DNA of 14,731 nucleotides, from assembly GCA_036444275.1 (NCBI GenBank), contig JAZGAD010000022.1:1-14731 (forward strand). Direction: 5' to 3'. The DNA is from Candidatus Hydrothermarchaeales archaeon (GTDB taxonomy: Archaea > Hydrothermarchaeota > Hydrothermarchaeia > Hydrothermarchaeales > JAZGAD01). A program made the translations under genes and the position numbers. Under the pieces are notes generated by a model. The model did no database searches. It was not told where the DNA came from and saw only the letters and a list, made by a program, of their open reading frames with translations. Shown one piece after another: positions 6,606 through 14,731 of this stretch (position 1 is its first letter; each line of letters opens with the position of its first letter).

Positions 6606-6670
6606 GGTAGCATGGTCGATCCTTCCAGCTTGGGGTGCTGGTGACCCGAGTTCAAATCTCGGCGGCCCCA
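6596..6670 (+). tRNA. tRNA-Pro, anticodon GGG, no intron, CCA not encoded
   Basis: Acceptor GGGGCCG (6596-6602)/CGGCCCC (6663-6669) + A; D arm GGGT...ATCC; anticodon arm CCAGC-TT GGG GT-GCTGG (anticodon 6632-6634); T arm CCGAG-TTCAAAT-CTCGG. Confidence 0.96.
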
Positions 6671-6711
6671 TACCCTGAGTACGAATATGCGTTAAAGAAT
6701 GAGGTTTGACG

Positions 6712-6909
6712 TTGGAACTTACGAAGTTCGAGAAAGCGAGGATCATTGGAGCTAGGGCATTGCAGCTCTCCATGGGGGCTCCTACTCTAATCAAAATTCG
6801 GAAGGACACAACGGACCCCATGTTAGTTGCCATTAGAGAACTCGATGAAGGAGTAATTCCGATAACAGTTAAGAGAAGCATGCCCTCAAAGAAGGAATGG
6901 GAGGAATGA
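6712..6909 (+). CDS. rpoK: DNA-directed RNA polymerase subunit K (Rpo6)
   Basis: [22 protein letters not shown] ... [19 protein letters not shown] 6712 fits SD GAGGT 6701-6705 better than TTG 6706. Confidence 0.95.
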   Translation: MELTKFEKARIIGARALQLSMGAPTLIKIRKDTTDPMLVAIRELDEGVIPITVKRSMPSKKEWEE

Positions 6910-6913
6910 ACTA

Positions 6914-8158
6914 TTGAATTCCACTATAATCGAAGACGTCAAGGCAAGGAAGATAGTGGATAGCAGGGGCAACTGGACTATCGAAGTAGATATTATCACT
7001 AACTCGGGCTTTGGTAGATGCGCTGCTCCAAGCGGTGCCAGCACCGGGAAATATGAGGTCAAAGCCTTTCCAAATGGTGTGGACAAAAGCATACTAAAGA
7101 TAGAAAAAGCAGTTGCTCCGGAGCTCGTGGGTATGGACTCAGAGGAGCAGGAGCGTATAGATTCTGTTCTAAAAGGGGTGAACGGTACTAAGGATTTTTC
7201 TAATGTCGGGGGAAACGCTGCAGTTGCCGTATCTTTGGCTAATGCACGGGCGGCAGCCAATGCACTCGACCTGCCACTCTACCATTATCTAGGGAGTAAC
7301 TTCTCCACCGACCTACCATTCCCTTTGGGAAACGTGATAGGCGGCGGGGTGCATGCCTTCAAAGGGCCTGATATACAAGAATTTTTGGTGCTCCCTGTAG
7401 GAGCTCCTACTATAGATGCCGCTGTCCAGGTGAACTCTAAGGTCCACAAGCTTGCCGGTGAGTTTCTGAAGGGGGGCAACAAGTCTTTAGGCAGAGGCGA
7501 CGAAGGCGCATGGGCGCCGGACTTGAAAGACAGCGACGCCCTAGAAACGCTGTCCAAGGCCTGCTCTGAAGCTAGCGATGCTACCGGAATAGAACTGAGG
7601 CTGGGCGTTGACGTGGCTGCCAGCGAGCTCTGGGACGCGAAGAAGGAGAAATACGTCTATAAGAAAGAAGGTGTGGAAAGATCAAGGGAGGAGCAGATAG
7701 CGTATATCTTTGAACTGATAAAGGATTACTCATTATATTACGTTGAAGACCCACTGGAGGAAAATGATTTCGATGGATTTGCTGAACTTACTAAAAAGGC
7801 TGGATGCTTGATATGTGGAGACGATCTCTATGCTACCAATACAGAGCGGATGGAGAAAGGGATTGAGATAGAAGCTACTAACTCGGCATTGATAAAGCCT
7901 AATCAATGCGGTACCCTCACTGATACTTACCGCGCTATAAACCTAGCTAAGAACAAGGATTTAGTTCCAGTATTATCCCATCGCTCAGGGGAAACACCAG
8001 ACGACACTATAGCCCATCTGGCCGTTGCATTTAAGTGCCCTATCATTAAAGCAGGTATAGTAGGTGGCGAGCGGATAGCTAAACTCAATGAACTCATAAG
8101 GATAGCAGAGGAGCTTATGCCTCAACACGCGAAGATGGCCACTCTACTGAAATTCTGA
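6914..8158 (+). CDS. eno: Enolase (phosphopyruvate hydratase)
   Basis: DSRGN, PSGASTG, GGGVHA, QEF, GDEG, DVAASE, EDP, GDDL, IKPNQ, SHRSGET, ERIAKLNEL; catalytic and metal-binding residues present. TTG start with SD GGAGG 6900-6904. Confidence 0.97.
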   Translation: MNSTIIEDVKARKIVDSRGNWTIEVDIITNSGFGRCAAPSGASTGKYEVKAFPNGVDKSILKIEKAVAPELVGMDSEEQERIDSVLKGVNGTKDFSNVGGNAAVAVSLANARAAANALDLPLYHYLGSNFSTDLPFPLGNVIGGGVHAFKGPDIQEFLVLPVGAPTIDAAVQVNSKVHKLAGEFLKGGNKSLGRGDEGAWAPDLKDSDALETLSKACSEASDATGIELRLGVDVAASELWDAKKEKYVYKKEGVERSREEQIAYIFELIKDYSLYYVEDPLEENDFDGFAELTKKAGCLICGDDLYATNTERMEKGIEIEATNSALIKPNQCGTLTDTYRAINLAKNKDLVPVLSHRSGETPDDTIAHLAVAFKCPIIKAGIVGGERIAKLNELIRIAEELMPQHAKMATLLKF

Positions 8159-8169
8159 AGGGATGAAAA

Positions 8170-8754
8170 ATGGATGAACTTCTTGCTCCGTTGGATGAGT
8201 ATCTTGCAGCTGGCATACATATCGGCACGCTACAGAAGAACGCGGACATGAGACCCTACATCTACAGGATTCGCGCGGACGGTCTCTATGTTCTAGATGT
8301 AAAGAAGACCGACGAAAGAATAAAGTATGCCGCCAAATTCCTAGCGGGCTTCAAACCAGAGCACATGCTCGTTGTCTCCAGGAGGCAGTACGGCCAGAAG
8401 CCAATAGAGGACTTTGCGAAACTGATTGGCGCAAAAGCTATATCCGGGAGGTTCATCCCCGGCACCCTTACCAATCCTAAGCTAAAAAGCTTCATAGAGC
8501 CTGAGGTGTTATTGGCTACTGATCCGAGGGGGGATGAACAGTCATTAAAGGAGGCCAACAACATCGGTATACCTGTAGTCACTCTCTGCGACACCGATAA
8601 TGCTGTAAGCAGTGTGGATATAGTTATCCCAACCAACAACAAGGGGAAAAAAGCTCTAGCCATAGTGTACTGGCTCCTAGCAAGAGAGATCTTGAGGGAG
8701 CGAGGGGAGTTGAAAGATGACTTTCCACCTCTGGATCAGTTCTGGGAAGAGTGA
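8170..8754 (+). CDS. rps2: 30S ribosomal protein S2 (uS2)
   Basis: [56 protein letters not shown]. Confidence 0.97.
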   Translation: MDELLAPLDEYLAAGIHIGTLQKNADMRPYIYRIRADGLYVLDVKKTDERIKYAAKFLAGFKPEHMLVVSRRQYGQKPIEDFAKLIGAKAISGRFIPGTLTNPKLKSFIEPEVLLATDPRGDEQSLKEANNIGIPVVTLCDTDNAVSSVDIVIPTNNKGKKALAIVYWLLAREILRERGELKDDFPPLDQFWEE

Positions 8755-8762
8755 GTAGAGCC

Positions 8763-8787
8763 TTTTTAATTTCAGTATATTTTTCTA
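8763..8787 (+). terminator. Putative oligo-U terminator of the ribosomal operon
   Basis: TTTTTAATTTCAGTATATTTTTCT directly after the rps2 stop; archaeal terminators are typically U-tracts. Confidence 0.55.
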
Positions 8788-8813
8788 ACTTCAAACTAAT
8801 GCCGCGCCGCACG

Positions 8814-8829
8814 CCGAAACATTAAAATA
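8814..8829 (+). promoter_or_regulatory. Putative BRE-TATA (CCGAAAC-ATTAAAATA) for the FAD oxidoreductase gene
   Basis: BRE-like CCGAAA adjacent to an AT box about 30-38 nt upstream of ATG 8860. Confidence 0.55.
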
Positions 8830-8859
8830 CCACTTAACATAGTAAAATGGGGTTTTAAG

Positions 8860-10233
8860 ATGGGATACGACGTCGCTATTGTAGGCGCTGGACCTGCGGG
8901 CCTTTTTACTGCCTATGAACTCACTAAGCAGCGCAAGCTTAAGGTAGCGATAGTGGATATGGGCAAGGACGTGGACAAGCGGCACTGTCCCATGGAAGAT
9001 ACCGGGGCCTGTATACAATGCAAACCGTGCAATATCATGAGCGGAGTAGGTGGTGCTGGCGGTCTATCTGATGGCACCTTGAATATCCGGCCTGATATAG
9101 GCGGCAACCTATATGAGTTCATGAATGAGAAAGATGCCTGGGAACTAATTAGATACGTTGACAAGATTTACGTGAAAAACGGTGCTCCTGACAAATTATA
9201 CAAGGCCACGAAGGCCGAGGACGAAGAGCTATCTAGGAAAGCAGCTTCTGCAGGGATCGAATTCATTCAGATACCCCAACGGCACATAGGGAGTGACTAC
9301 ACACCACAGGTCATAGCAGCTATAAGAGACAACCTGAAGAAGAAGGGAGTAACATTCTTCCTTAAGACCAAGGTCTCAGATCTCTTAGACGGCGGTGGTA
9401 TAGAGTTATCTACAGGAAAAAAGATAAAATCGAAGTACGTCGTCGTTACTCCTGGAAGGTCAGGCGCATCTTGGATTGTCAAGCAGGCAAAGAGTATGGG
9501 GATAAAGATAAGGCATGGCCCTATAGATGTAGGTGTGCGTGTCGAGGTACCTGGTATAGTCATGGATCCGGTCTGCAAGATAAACCGTGACCCTAAATTC
9601 CATATAAAAACCAAGACCTACGACGATTTTGTACGCACCTTCTGTGTGAATCACCGCGGCTTCGTGGTGAAAGAGGTCTACCAGGACTACATCGGCGTAA
9701 ATGGGCACTCCCTCAGAGACTTGGAATCTAATAACACCAATTTCGCATTCCTAACCAAGATAGAACTCACAGAACCCATAGAGAATTCTACTGACTACGG
9801 CGAATCCATAGCGAAAACTGCAACCACGCTAGGTGGAGGTGACCCCTTGATTCAGAGGCTAGGTGACCTACGGAGGGGCAGGAGATCCACGAGGAAGAGG
9901 ATAAACGCAGGGTTAGTCAAGCCGACCCTCACTGGTGCTACCCCAGGGGATATAGCGATGGTCATGCCCCATAGGATAGTCACCAACATCCTAGAGGGGC
10001 TAGAGAGATTAGACCGTGTCATCCCGGGTGTGGCCTCTGACTCAACTCTTCTCTATGCCCCAGAGATCAAATTCTATGCCATGCGCGTTGAAGTCGGCAG
10101 AAGCATGGAGACTAGCATCCCGAACCTATTTGCCGCAGGTGACGGCGTGGGTGTATCCCGAGGAATCATTGTTGCATCTGCAACCGGGATTATGGCTGCG
10201 AGAGGGATACTGGAAAAAGAAGGGAAGGGATAA
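8860..10233 (+). CDS. Uncharacterised NAD(P)/FAD-dependent oxidoreductase (COG2509-type)
   Basis: Rossmann VAIVGAGPAG, Cys cluster CP-x6-C-x2-C-x2-C, GGAGGLSDG, RTFC...VNGHS, NTNFAFL, second FAD motif TSIPNLFAAGDG. Confidence 0.9.
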   Translation: MGYDVAIVGAGPAGLFTAYELTKQRKLKVAIVDMGKDVDKRHCPMEDTGACIQCKPCNIMSGVGGAGGLSDGTLNIRPDIGGNLYEFMNEKDAWELIRYVDKIYVKNGAPDKLYKATKAEDEELSRKAASAGIEFIQIPQRHIGSDYTPQVIAAIRDNLKKKGVTFFLKTKVSDLLDGGGIELSTGKKIKSKYVVVTPGRSGASWIVKQAKSMGIKIRHGPIDVGVRVEVPGIVMDPVCKINRDPKFHIKTKTYDDFVRTFCVNHRGFVVKEVYQDYIGVNGHSLRDLESNNTNFAFLTKIELTEPIENSTDYGESIAKTATTLGGGDPLIQRLGDLRRGRRSTRKRINAGLVKPTLTGATPGDIAMVMPHRIVTNILEGLERLDRVIPGVASDSTLLYAPEIKFYAMRVEVGRSMETSIPNLFAAGDGVGVSRGIIVASATGIMAARGILEKEGKG

Positions 10234-10245
10234 AGTAGATTTGAG

Positions 10246-11130
10246 TTATAGGGTTATTATTTCGCATCCATCTTTTGTTACAATTACAGTATGTTCTGCC
10301 TGTGATACCAGGCCCCGTTGTTTCTCTCTGAGAATATGATATGCATAGAGCGCCTTAGAATATACCAGCTGCCTCAAAGCTTGATTTAATTTGAATTTAG
10401 GCACTAGATCTGAGACCCACCTCTCAGCGAAAGGCAGACTACCATAGTTTGCCTTAACATGGGCGAGGATATCCCTTGCCTCACGCATCCTAAGGGGCCT
10501 ATCTCCGAGATATTTGAAGATTATAGCCTCGTTCTCGTCCACAACCCTGCCAAGCCCATCGGTAGCAAAGGGCTCCAATGCAATGACATCCCCCTCCATG
10601 ATCTCGTCTCCATGCCTAGTCCTCACATTGGGTATCAGAGCGCCGCCGTGTAGGTTCCACCTAGATAGCACGTGACCCGTGAGGTTGCTAACCGGTAGGA
10701 ATCCGGCATTCTTTATAGTATCCTCTATGACTGTGCCTATCTCGTTGGTCTTAACCCCTGGCCTTATCATTTCAATCGCCTTCTTTAATGCATTCTCAGA
10801 AGCTCGCATAAGCTTGTTAGGTCTCCTACCAACCGCCTTGGACTTAGCAATGTCTGCTATGTATCCTTCCACATGCACGCCTAAATCCAACTTCACTAGG
10901 TCGCCCTTCTTAAAAGTCGAATCATCCCATGCTTGGGGCGAGTAATGAGCTGCCACATCATTAAGCGATATGTTGCAGGGAAAGGCCGGGTGCCCCCCTT
11001 TCTCTCTTATGAGGTCCTCCACGAAGTTGGCAACATCCAGCAATTTCGTGCCCTCTTCAACCCTCGCCAGTCCCTCATCCATTACATCTACTGCTATCCT
11101 CCCGGCCTTCTGATAGAATTCTAAATCCAT
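10246..11130 (-). CDS. map: Methionine aminopeptidase, type II
   Basis: AFPCNISLNDVAAHY, KLDLGVHVEGYIAD, NLTGH, EPFAT, helical insert LPFAERW, VSQAEHT; all five metal ligands present. Confidence 0.97.
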   Translation of the reverse strand: MDLEFYQKAGRIAVDVMDEGLARVEEGTKLLDVANFVEDLIREKGGHPAFPCNISLNDVAAHYSPQAWDDSTFKKGDLVKLDLGVHVEGYIADIAKSKAVGRRPNKLMRASENALKKAIEMIRPGVKTNEIGTVIEDTIKNAGFLPVSNLTGHVLSRWNLHGGALIPNVRTRHGDEIMEGDVIALEPFATDGLGRVVDENEAIIFKYLGDRPLRMREARDILAHVKANYGSLPFAERWVSDLVPKFKLNQALRQLVYSKALYAYHILREKQRGLVSQAEHTVIVTKDGCEIITL

Positions 11131-11146
11131 AACTCTCGCCTTTATT

Positions 11147-11758
11147 TCAGATTTCTAACACTTGCGCTATCTCCTCCTTCTTGACCTTCCCAACCCTTAA
11201 TATTTTGGGCCTCCCGGTGAGATCAAGGATAGTAGACGGCATTCTAACGCCAAGTCTACCGGCATCAAGGATCAAATCTACACTTATCTGTTCTTCTACC
11301 TCTTCAACCGTAACTGGCGGAGGGCGTCCAGAGACATTGGCGCTGGTAGCAGTTATGGGGAAGCCCGCTTGCTTTATCAGCTTCAAGGTTGCGTCGCTTT
11401 TAGGAATCCTCACAGCCACGTTAGGTAGGCCTGCTGTAAGCACGTCTGGCAGCTTTTTCTTCTTCAGTACCAAAGTCAAGGGGCCGGGTAGAAACTTCTT
11501 TGCAATCTTCTTTGCAAACTCATTAACCAAAGCGTATCTCCCCATCATCTCGAGGCTGTCAACAGCCATGGGCAGAGGGTTGTTTAGGGACCTCGACTTA
11601 GCCTCGAAGACTCTCCTTACAGCCTTTTCATCCAAGGCATTACAGCCCAGACCATAAAGAGTATCTGTGGGATAGACCACTAACCCACCGCGCTCTAAAA
11701 CTCTGACACCCTGTTTTAACCCCTCATCCATACCTTCATCCAATCTCAGGATCTTCAT
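11147..11758 (-). CDS. tsaC: L-threonylcarbamoyladenylate synthase, single-domain TsaC/YrdC form of the Sua5 family
   Basis: VYPTDTLYGL, KxR..NPL, PGPLTLVL, VAVRIP, TSANVSG, PSTILD. About 203 aa with no C-terminal SUA5 domain. ATG 11758 (TTG 11764 alternative). Confidence 0.93.
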   Translation of the reverse strand: MKILRLDEGMDEGLKQGVRVLERGGLVVYPTDTLYGLGCNALDEKAVRRVFEAKSRSLNNPLPMAVDSLEMMGRYALVNEFAKKIAKKFLPGPLTLVLKKKKLPDVLTAGLPNVAVRIPKSDATLKLIKQAGFPITATSANVSGRPPPVTVEEVEEQISVDLILDAGRLGVRMPSTILDLTGRPKILRVGKVKKEEIAQVLEI

Positions 11759-11774
11759 GGCCAAGCATTCCTAC

Positions 11775-12053
11775 CTATATACCAGTCATCTTCAGCAGGG
11801 CGAGAGTTGCAGGGATCACTAGAGTTGAGAGGATTACAGTAGCGAAGTAGTCCTTCGTTACCTTATATACTATCAAACCCGTGCTAATAAAGGGGATCAA
11901 GAGAAACATTACCAGGGATACTGGAAAGCCTATATTTGCCGGGATACCTCGTACAATCATCAACTGCTCTACCTGGAAGCCCAGAAACTCTGCAATCACA
12001 CCTACAAATACGGCTATGACATAGACAATGGGATTTGTTCCCTTTTCTCTCAT
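11775..12053 (-). CDS. Small membrane protein with about three TM helices, unknown function
   Basis: Three hydrophobic segments; fills the gap between the HAD gene and tsaC; ATGA overlap with the HAD stop at 12050-12053. Confidence 0.75.
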   Translation of the reverse strand: MREKGTNPIVYVIAVFVGVIAEFLGFQVEQLMIVRGIPANIGFPVSLVMFLLIPFISTGLIVYKVTKDYFATVILSTLVIPATLALLKMTGI

Positions 12054-12739
12054 CCCTTTTGCCCTCGCAAGATCTCCGGTACCTCAGAAATATCACTTAT
12101 CTCGAAATCCGGTTTATACTCCTCTGAGGAGGGTTCCTCGCTTGCAAATTTTCCCTTCAGCATCCTGATGGCGAGCATGCCCACATGTTTTGCCCCGAGG
12201 ATATCTGTATCAAGCTTATCCCCAACCATAGCACACTCCATCGAACTTAATTTCAATTTATCCACCGCGGATAGGAATATCTCTTTCTCCGGCTTTTGCG
12301 CCCCTATTTCCTCAGAGGTAACTACCTCGTCGAATAAATGGTGAATACCGAGGCCGACAAGTTTTTCCCACTGCTTAACAGCCAGCCCATTGGATATGAC
12401 TCCCAGCTTGTATTCCTTCTTCAGGGATAGAAGAGTCGGTATCACTCTAGGGAAGGGCTTTAGGTATCCCACTTTAGTCCTCTCATAAGCAACTACACCT
12501 GCGGCGATGATCTTAGGGTTCCAGCCGACATTCGATTCCTTCAGGAGCTCGTCGTAGTGTTTTGAGTAGTTGGAGCCGAACCTCTCTATAATACCTTCTA
12601 ACATGCTGTAGGCTGCATCTTCATCTTTAAGTAGACCAACGTCCATCATGGCCTGGATGGAGTTCCTTCTAGCCATGGTAGTCAGCTTGGTACTGTCATA
12701 TAGTGTATCGTCGATATCGAAGAAGACGCCTTTGATCAT
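12050..12739 (-). CDS. HAD superfamily subfamily IA phosphatase (TIGR02253/MJ1437-like)
   Basis: Motif I FFDIDDTLYD, motif II ISNG..VKQWEKL, motif III KP, motif IV MVGDKLDTDI. Start reassigned to ATG 12739 (MIKGVFFD); the ORF-track extension to 12784 covers the promoter. Confidence 0.92.
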   Translation of the reverse strand: MIKGVFFDIDDTLYDSTKLTTMARRNSIQAMMDVGLLKDEDAAYSMLEGIIERFGSNYSKHYDELLKESNVGWNPKIIAAGVVAYERTKVGYLKPFPRVIPTLLSLKKEYKLGVISNGLAVKQWEKLVGLGIHHLFDEVVTSEEIGAQKPEKEIFLSAVDKLKLSSMECAMVGDKLDTDILGAKHVGMLAIRMLKGKFASEEPSSEEYKPDFEISDISEVPEILRGQKG

Positions 12740-12760
12740 GAATAAAACTGAATCTACAAA

Positions 12761-12768
12761 AATATAAA
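12761..12768 (-). promoter_or_regulatory. TATA box (TTTATATT) of the HAD-membrane-tsaC-map operon, probably leaderless
   Basis: - strand reads CACAAAGT-TTTATATT, 21 nt, then ATG; no SD before the ATG. Confidence 0.65.
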
Positions 12769-12832
12769 ACTTTGTGAAAAGCAAAATGTCAAAATTAGGT
12801 AACTAACGACTCCACGTAGCTTAGGCATAATT

Positions 12833-14731
12833 TTAAAACCACTTCTTTAAACTCTCCTGCGTCCTACCGTCTTTTAAGTAGTCTTTGGAGTATCCCATAG
12901 ACTCTATAATCCTGAGTATAGCCGGCAGGATCTGGTTTTCTATATAGTATTCCGGGTCATAGTCCTCTAAGGCCACGAGCTCTACGGGCACGGCACGCTG
13001 GGAGATCATCTTCGCTCCTTTAGTTATGACGTAGCCGATAATCATGCCTGGTGTAACTTCAGCTCCGCTTTTAACAAGCTTTTGAGCAGCTACTACGTGG
13101 GGCTCTATGTTCTTGTAGCTGGAGATTGCCTTGGTTAGCTGTGTGTACATAGTGATATCCTCCAGGGATACTCTATGCTCTCTTATGTCCTCTATAACAC
13201 TCCGCACTATCCCGGCTGCTTTTTCAGGGGATGCATCTTTCAACAACGCCTTTAGAACCTCTTGCTGGGTTCTCCTTGCTATGGGGGCCCAGTCCCTGCG
13301 GACAAATTCTAGGCCCTTAACGACTATCTTGCCCTCATCATCGATCAAGGCATAGCGTTTCTTGGTCACGAAGATGCCCCGCTTGTAGAAGCCTTCGTAG
13401 TCCAGTTCTATTATCCCAGGTAATGCCTCGTTTACAGTTCTCATGAACTCTTTTGCCTTCTGCCTCGCATCTCCGGGTACAATCACAAACAAACTGTCGG
13501 TGTCGCCATAGACTACTTCTAATCCGAAATCCTTCTCGGCTATATCCATGACTCTTTGGATGTACATCCTGGCAAATGCGGTAACGCTCTCAGCACACTC
13601 CTTCTGGTACCACCTAGCTCTTGGGTAGCCCATGTAGCCGTAGAAGCTATTTGCAAGGAGCTTCAATGCCTGCTGTTCTACGTCCAGCATCCTCTTTTTG
13701 GAGGCGCTCTCCTCGTCCTTCATCCTTGCCTTTACATCAGCCCTGCGCTCTATCAGATTTTTCACTATAGTTGGGATGAAGCCCTTCTTGTCCCTTGAGA
13801 AGGAATAGTTAAATTCAGGTACCTTGTTCTCCTCGCCTCCGATCACCAAGGTCGATGGGTCGATGTTATGGGTTACGATGACGCTTGGGTATAGGCTGCG
13901 GAAGTCAAAGACTGCTATATCCTCAGAGAGGCCCTTCTTAGGCTCCCTCACATAGCCGCCTACATAGCTCTCCTGGACCCTCTTGGCGTATTCTCCACCC
14001 GCACCCCGATTTGGGATGAGCTCTCCTCCCCCCGATGCTTCCCGCATGAGGAGCCATTCCACCAACTGCCCAGTCGTCATCCTGGCAACGTCATGTAGCG
14101 GTTGCTTCACAAGCCTTGTTAACTCGAAATACAATGGAAGGAATTCCTCACCGAGCTTCAGAGTAACTACTGCGTCTCCAAGGGAGTATTCCACGAACCT
14201 ATCCAGACTTTCACCCCCGGCATCCCAGTGTCTCCAGAGCTCCTTATTGGGTATCTTCTCCTTTATTATCCCAAGTACCTCCCTGGCAACATCCTCTAAG
14301 ACATAGCTGCTCAGCCTTATGGACCGCCTAATAATTGGGTATAGATCTACGTGAGCCCTGCCGAAAATCCTGGCGTCAGGTAGATTCCTCGTTTTATTGA
14401 TGTGTATACCAGATCCATCTCGCCCTAGAGCTAGAGACAGGCCCAGCTTCTTCAAACGCGCTGCCAAGTATGGAAAATCAAAGTTGTCAGAGTTATAGCC
14501 CAAAATTACGTCGAAGTCCTCCTGGCCTAAGATCTCCTCGAACCTTCTCAGGATCGCTGCCTCGTCCTCCAGAACCTCTACATAATCCCTCTTCTTTTCC
14601 GTACCTTTCCATGTGAGGAGTTTTTTAAGGCCTGTGTTGGAGGCAAGGCTTATCATTATTATGGGGTCCTTTTCTTCTCTGGGTGCTCCTTTTGGATTAT
14701 AGACCTCTATGTCGAAAGCCAGTACGCTGAG
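12833..14731 (-). CDS. polB: Family B DNA polymerase (archaeal PolB3-type), 5' part beyond right edge
   Basis: Frame open to the edge (LSVLAFDIEVYN, ExoI); ExoII GYNSDNFDFPYL; ExoIII YSLGDA; polymerase motifs DFRSLYPS, KLLANSFYGY, YGDTDS, KKRYA; C-terminal PIP box QESLKKWF. No intein in the visible part. Confidence 0.98.
   Translation of the reverse strand, partial: LSVLAFDIEVYNPKGAPREEKDPIIMISLASNTGLKKLLTWKGTEKKRDYVEVLEDEAAILRRFEEILGQEDFDVILGYNSDNFDFPYLAARLKKLGLSLALGRDGSGIHINKTRNLPDARIFGRAHVDLYPIIRRSIRLSSYVLEDVAREVLGIIKEKIPNKELWRHWDAGGESLDRFVEYSLGDAVVTLKLGEEFLPLYFELTRLVKQPLHDVARMTTGQLVEWLLMREASGGGELIPNRGAGGEYAKRVQESYVGGYVREPKKGLSEDIAVFDFRSLYPSVIVTHNIDPSTLVIGGEENKVPEFNYSFSRDKKGFIPTIVKNLIERRADVKARMKDEESASKKRMLDVEQQALKLLANSFYGYMGYPRARWYQKECAESVTAFARMYIQRVMDIAEKDFGLEVVYGDTDSLFVIVPGDARQKAKEFMRTVNEALPGIIELDYEGFYKRGIFVTKKRYALIDDEGKIVVKGLEFVRRDWAPIARRTQQEVLKALLKDASPEKAAGIVRSVIEDIREHRVSLEDITMYTQLTKAISSYKNIEPHVVAAQKLVKSGAEVTPGMIIGYVITKGAKMISQRAVPVELVALEDYDPEYYIENQILPAILRIIESMGYSKDYLKDGRTQESLKKWF

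Noticed and set aside
6914-8158. Enolase inside a ribosomal protein/RNA polymerase operon as a novelty
   Set aside because: This is a well-known conserved arrangement in euryarchaea.
12740-12784. N-terminal extension of the HAD ORF given in the track
   Set aside because: It covers the TATA box and T tracts; family members begin at MIKxxxFD.
12833-14731. Inteins or an inactivated polymerase in polB (and inteins in topA)
   Set aside because: Motifs at the usual insertion sites (SLYPS, NSFYGY, YGDTDS) are contiguous and the catalytic residues are intact.

Overview
Archaeal (euryarchaeal-type) chromosomal window, mostly housekeeping. Left to right: a type IA topoisomerase running off the left edge (- strand, absent from the ORF track); divergent rtcA; tRNA-Leu(UAG); a ~1.9 kb block of four non-core genes (CBS-pair protein, small membrane protein, a protein of three TerB-like helical repeats, and a divergent HhH-GPD glycosylase-like protein); the conserved rpl18e-rpl13-rps9-rpoN-tRNA-Pro(GGG)-rpoK-eno-rps2 cluster; a COG2509-type FAD oxidoreductase; then on the - strand an intein-free family B DNA polymerase (cut by the right edge) and a HAD phosphatase-membrane protein-tsaC-map operon. 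No transposase, integrase, CRISPR array or rRNA was seen. Most notable: the rpoN stop codon lies inside tRNA-Pro; an apparent insertion between tRNA-Leu and rpl18e carries an uncharacterised coupled CBS/TM/TerB-like module and a codon-atypical glycosylase-like gene; and several dyads and repeats occur in the intergenic regions. All calls come from reading motifs by eye; no searches were run.
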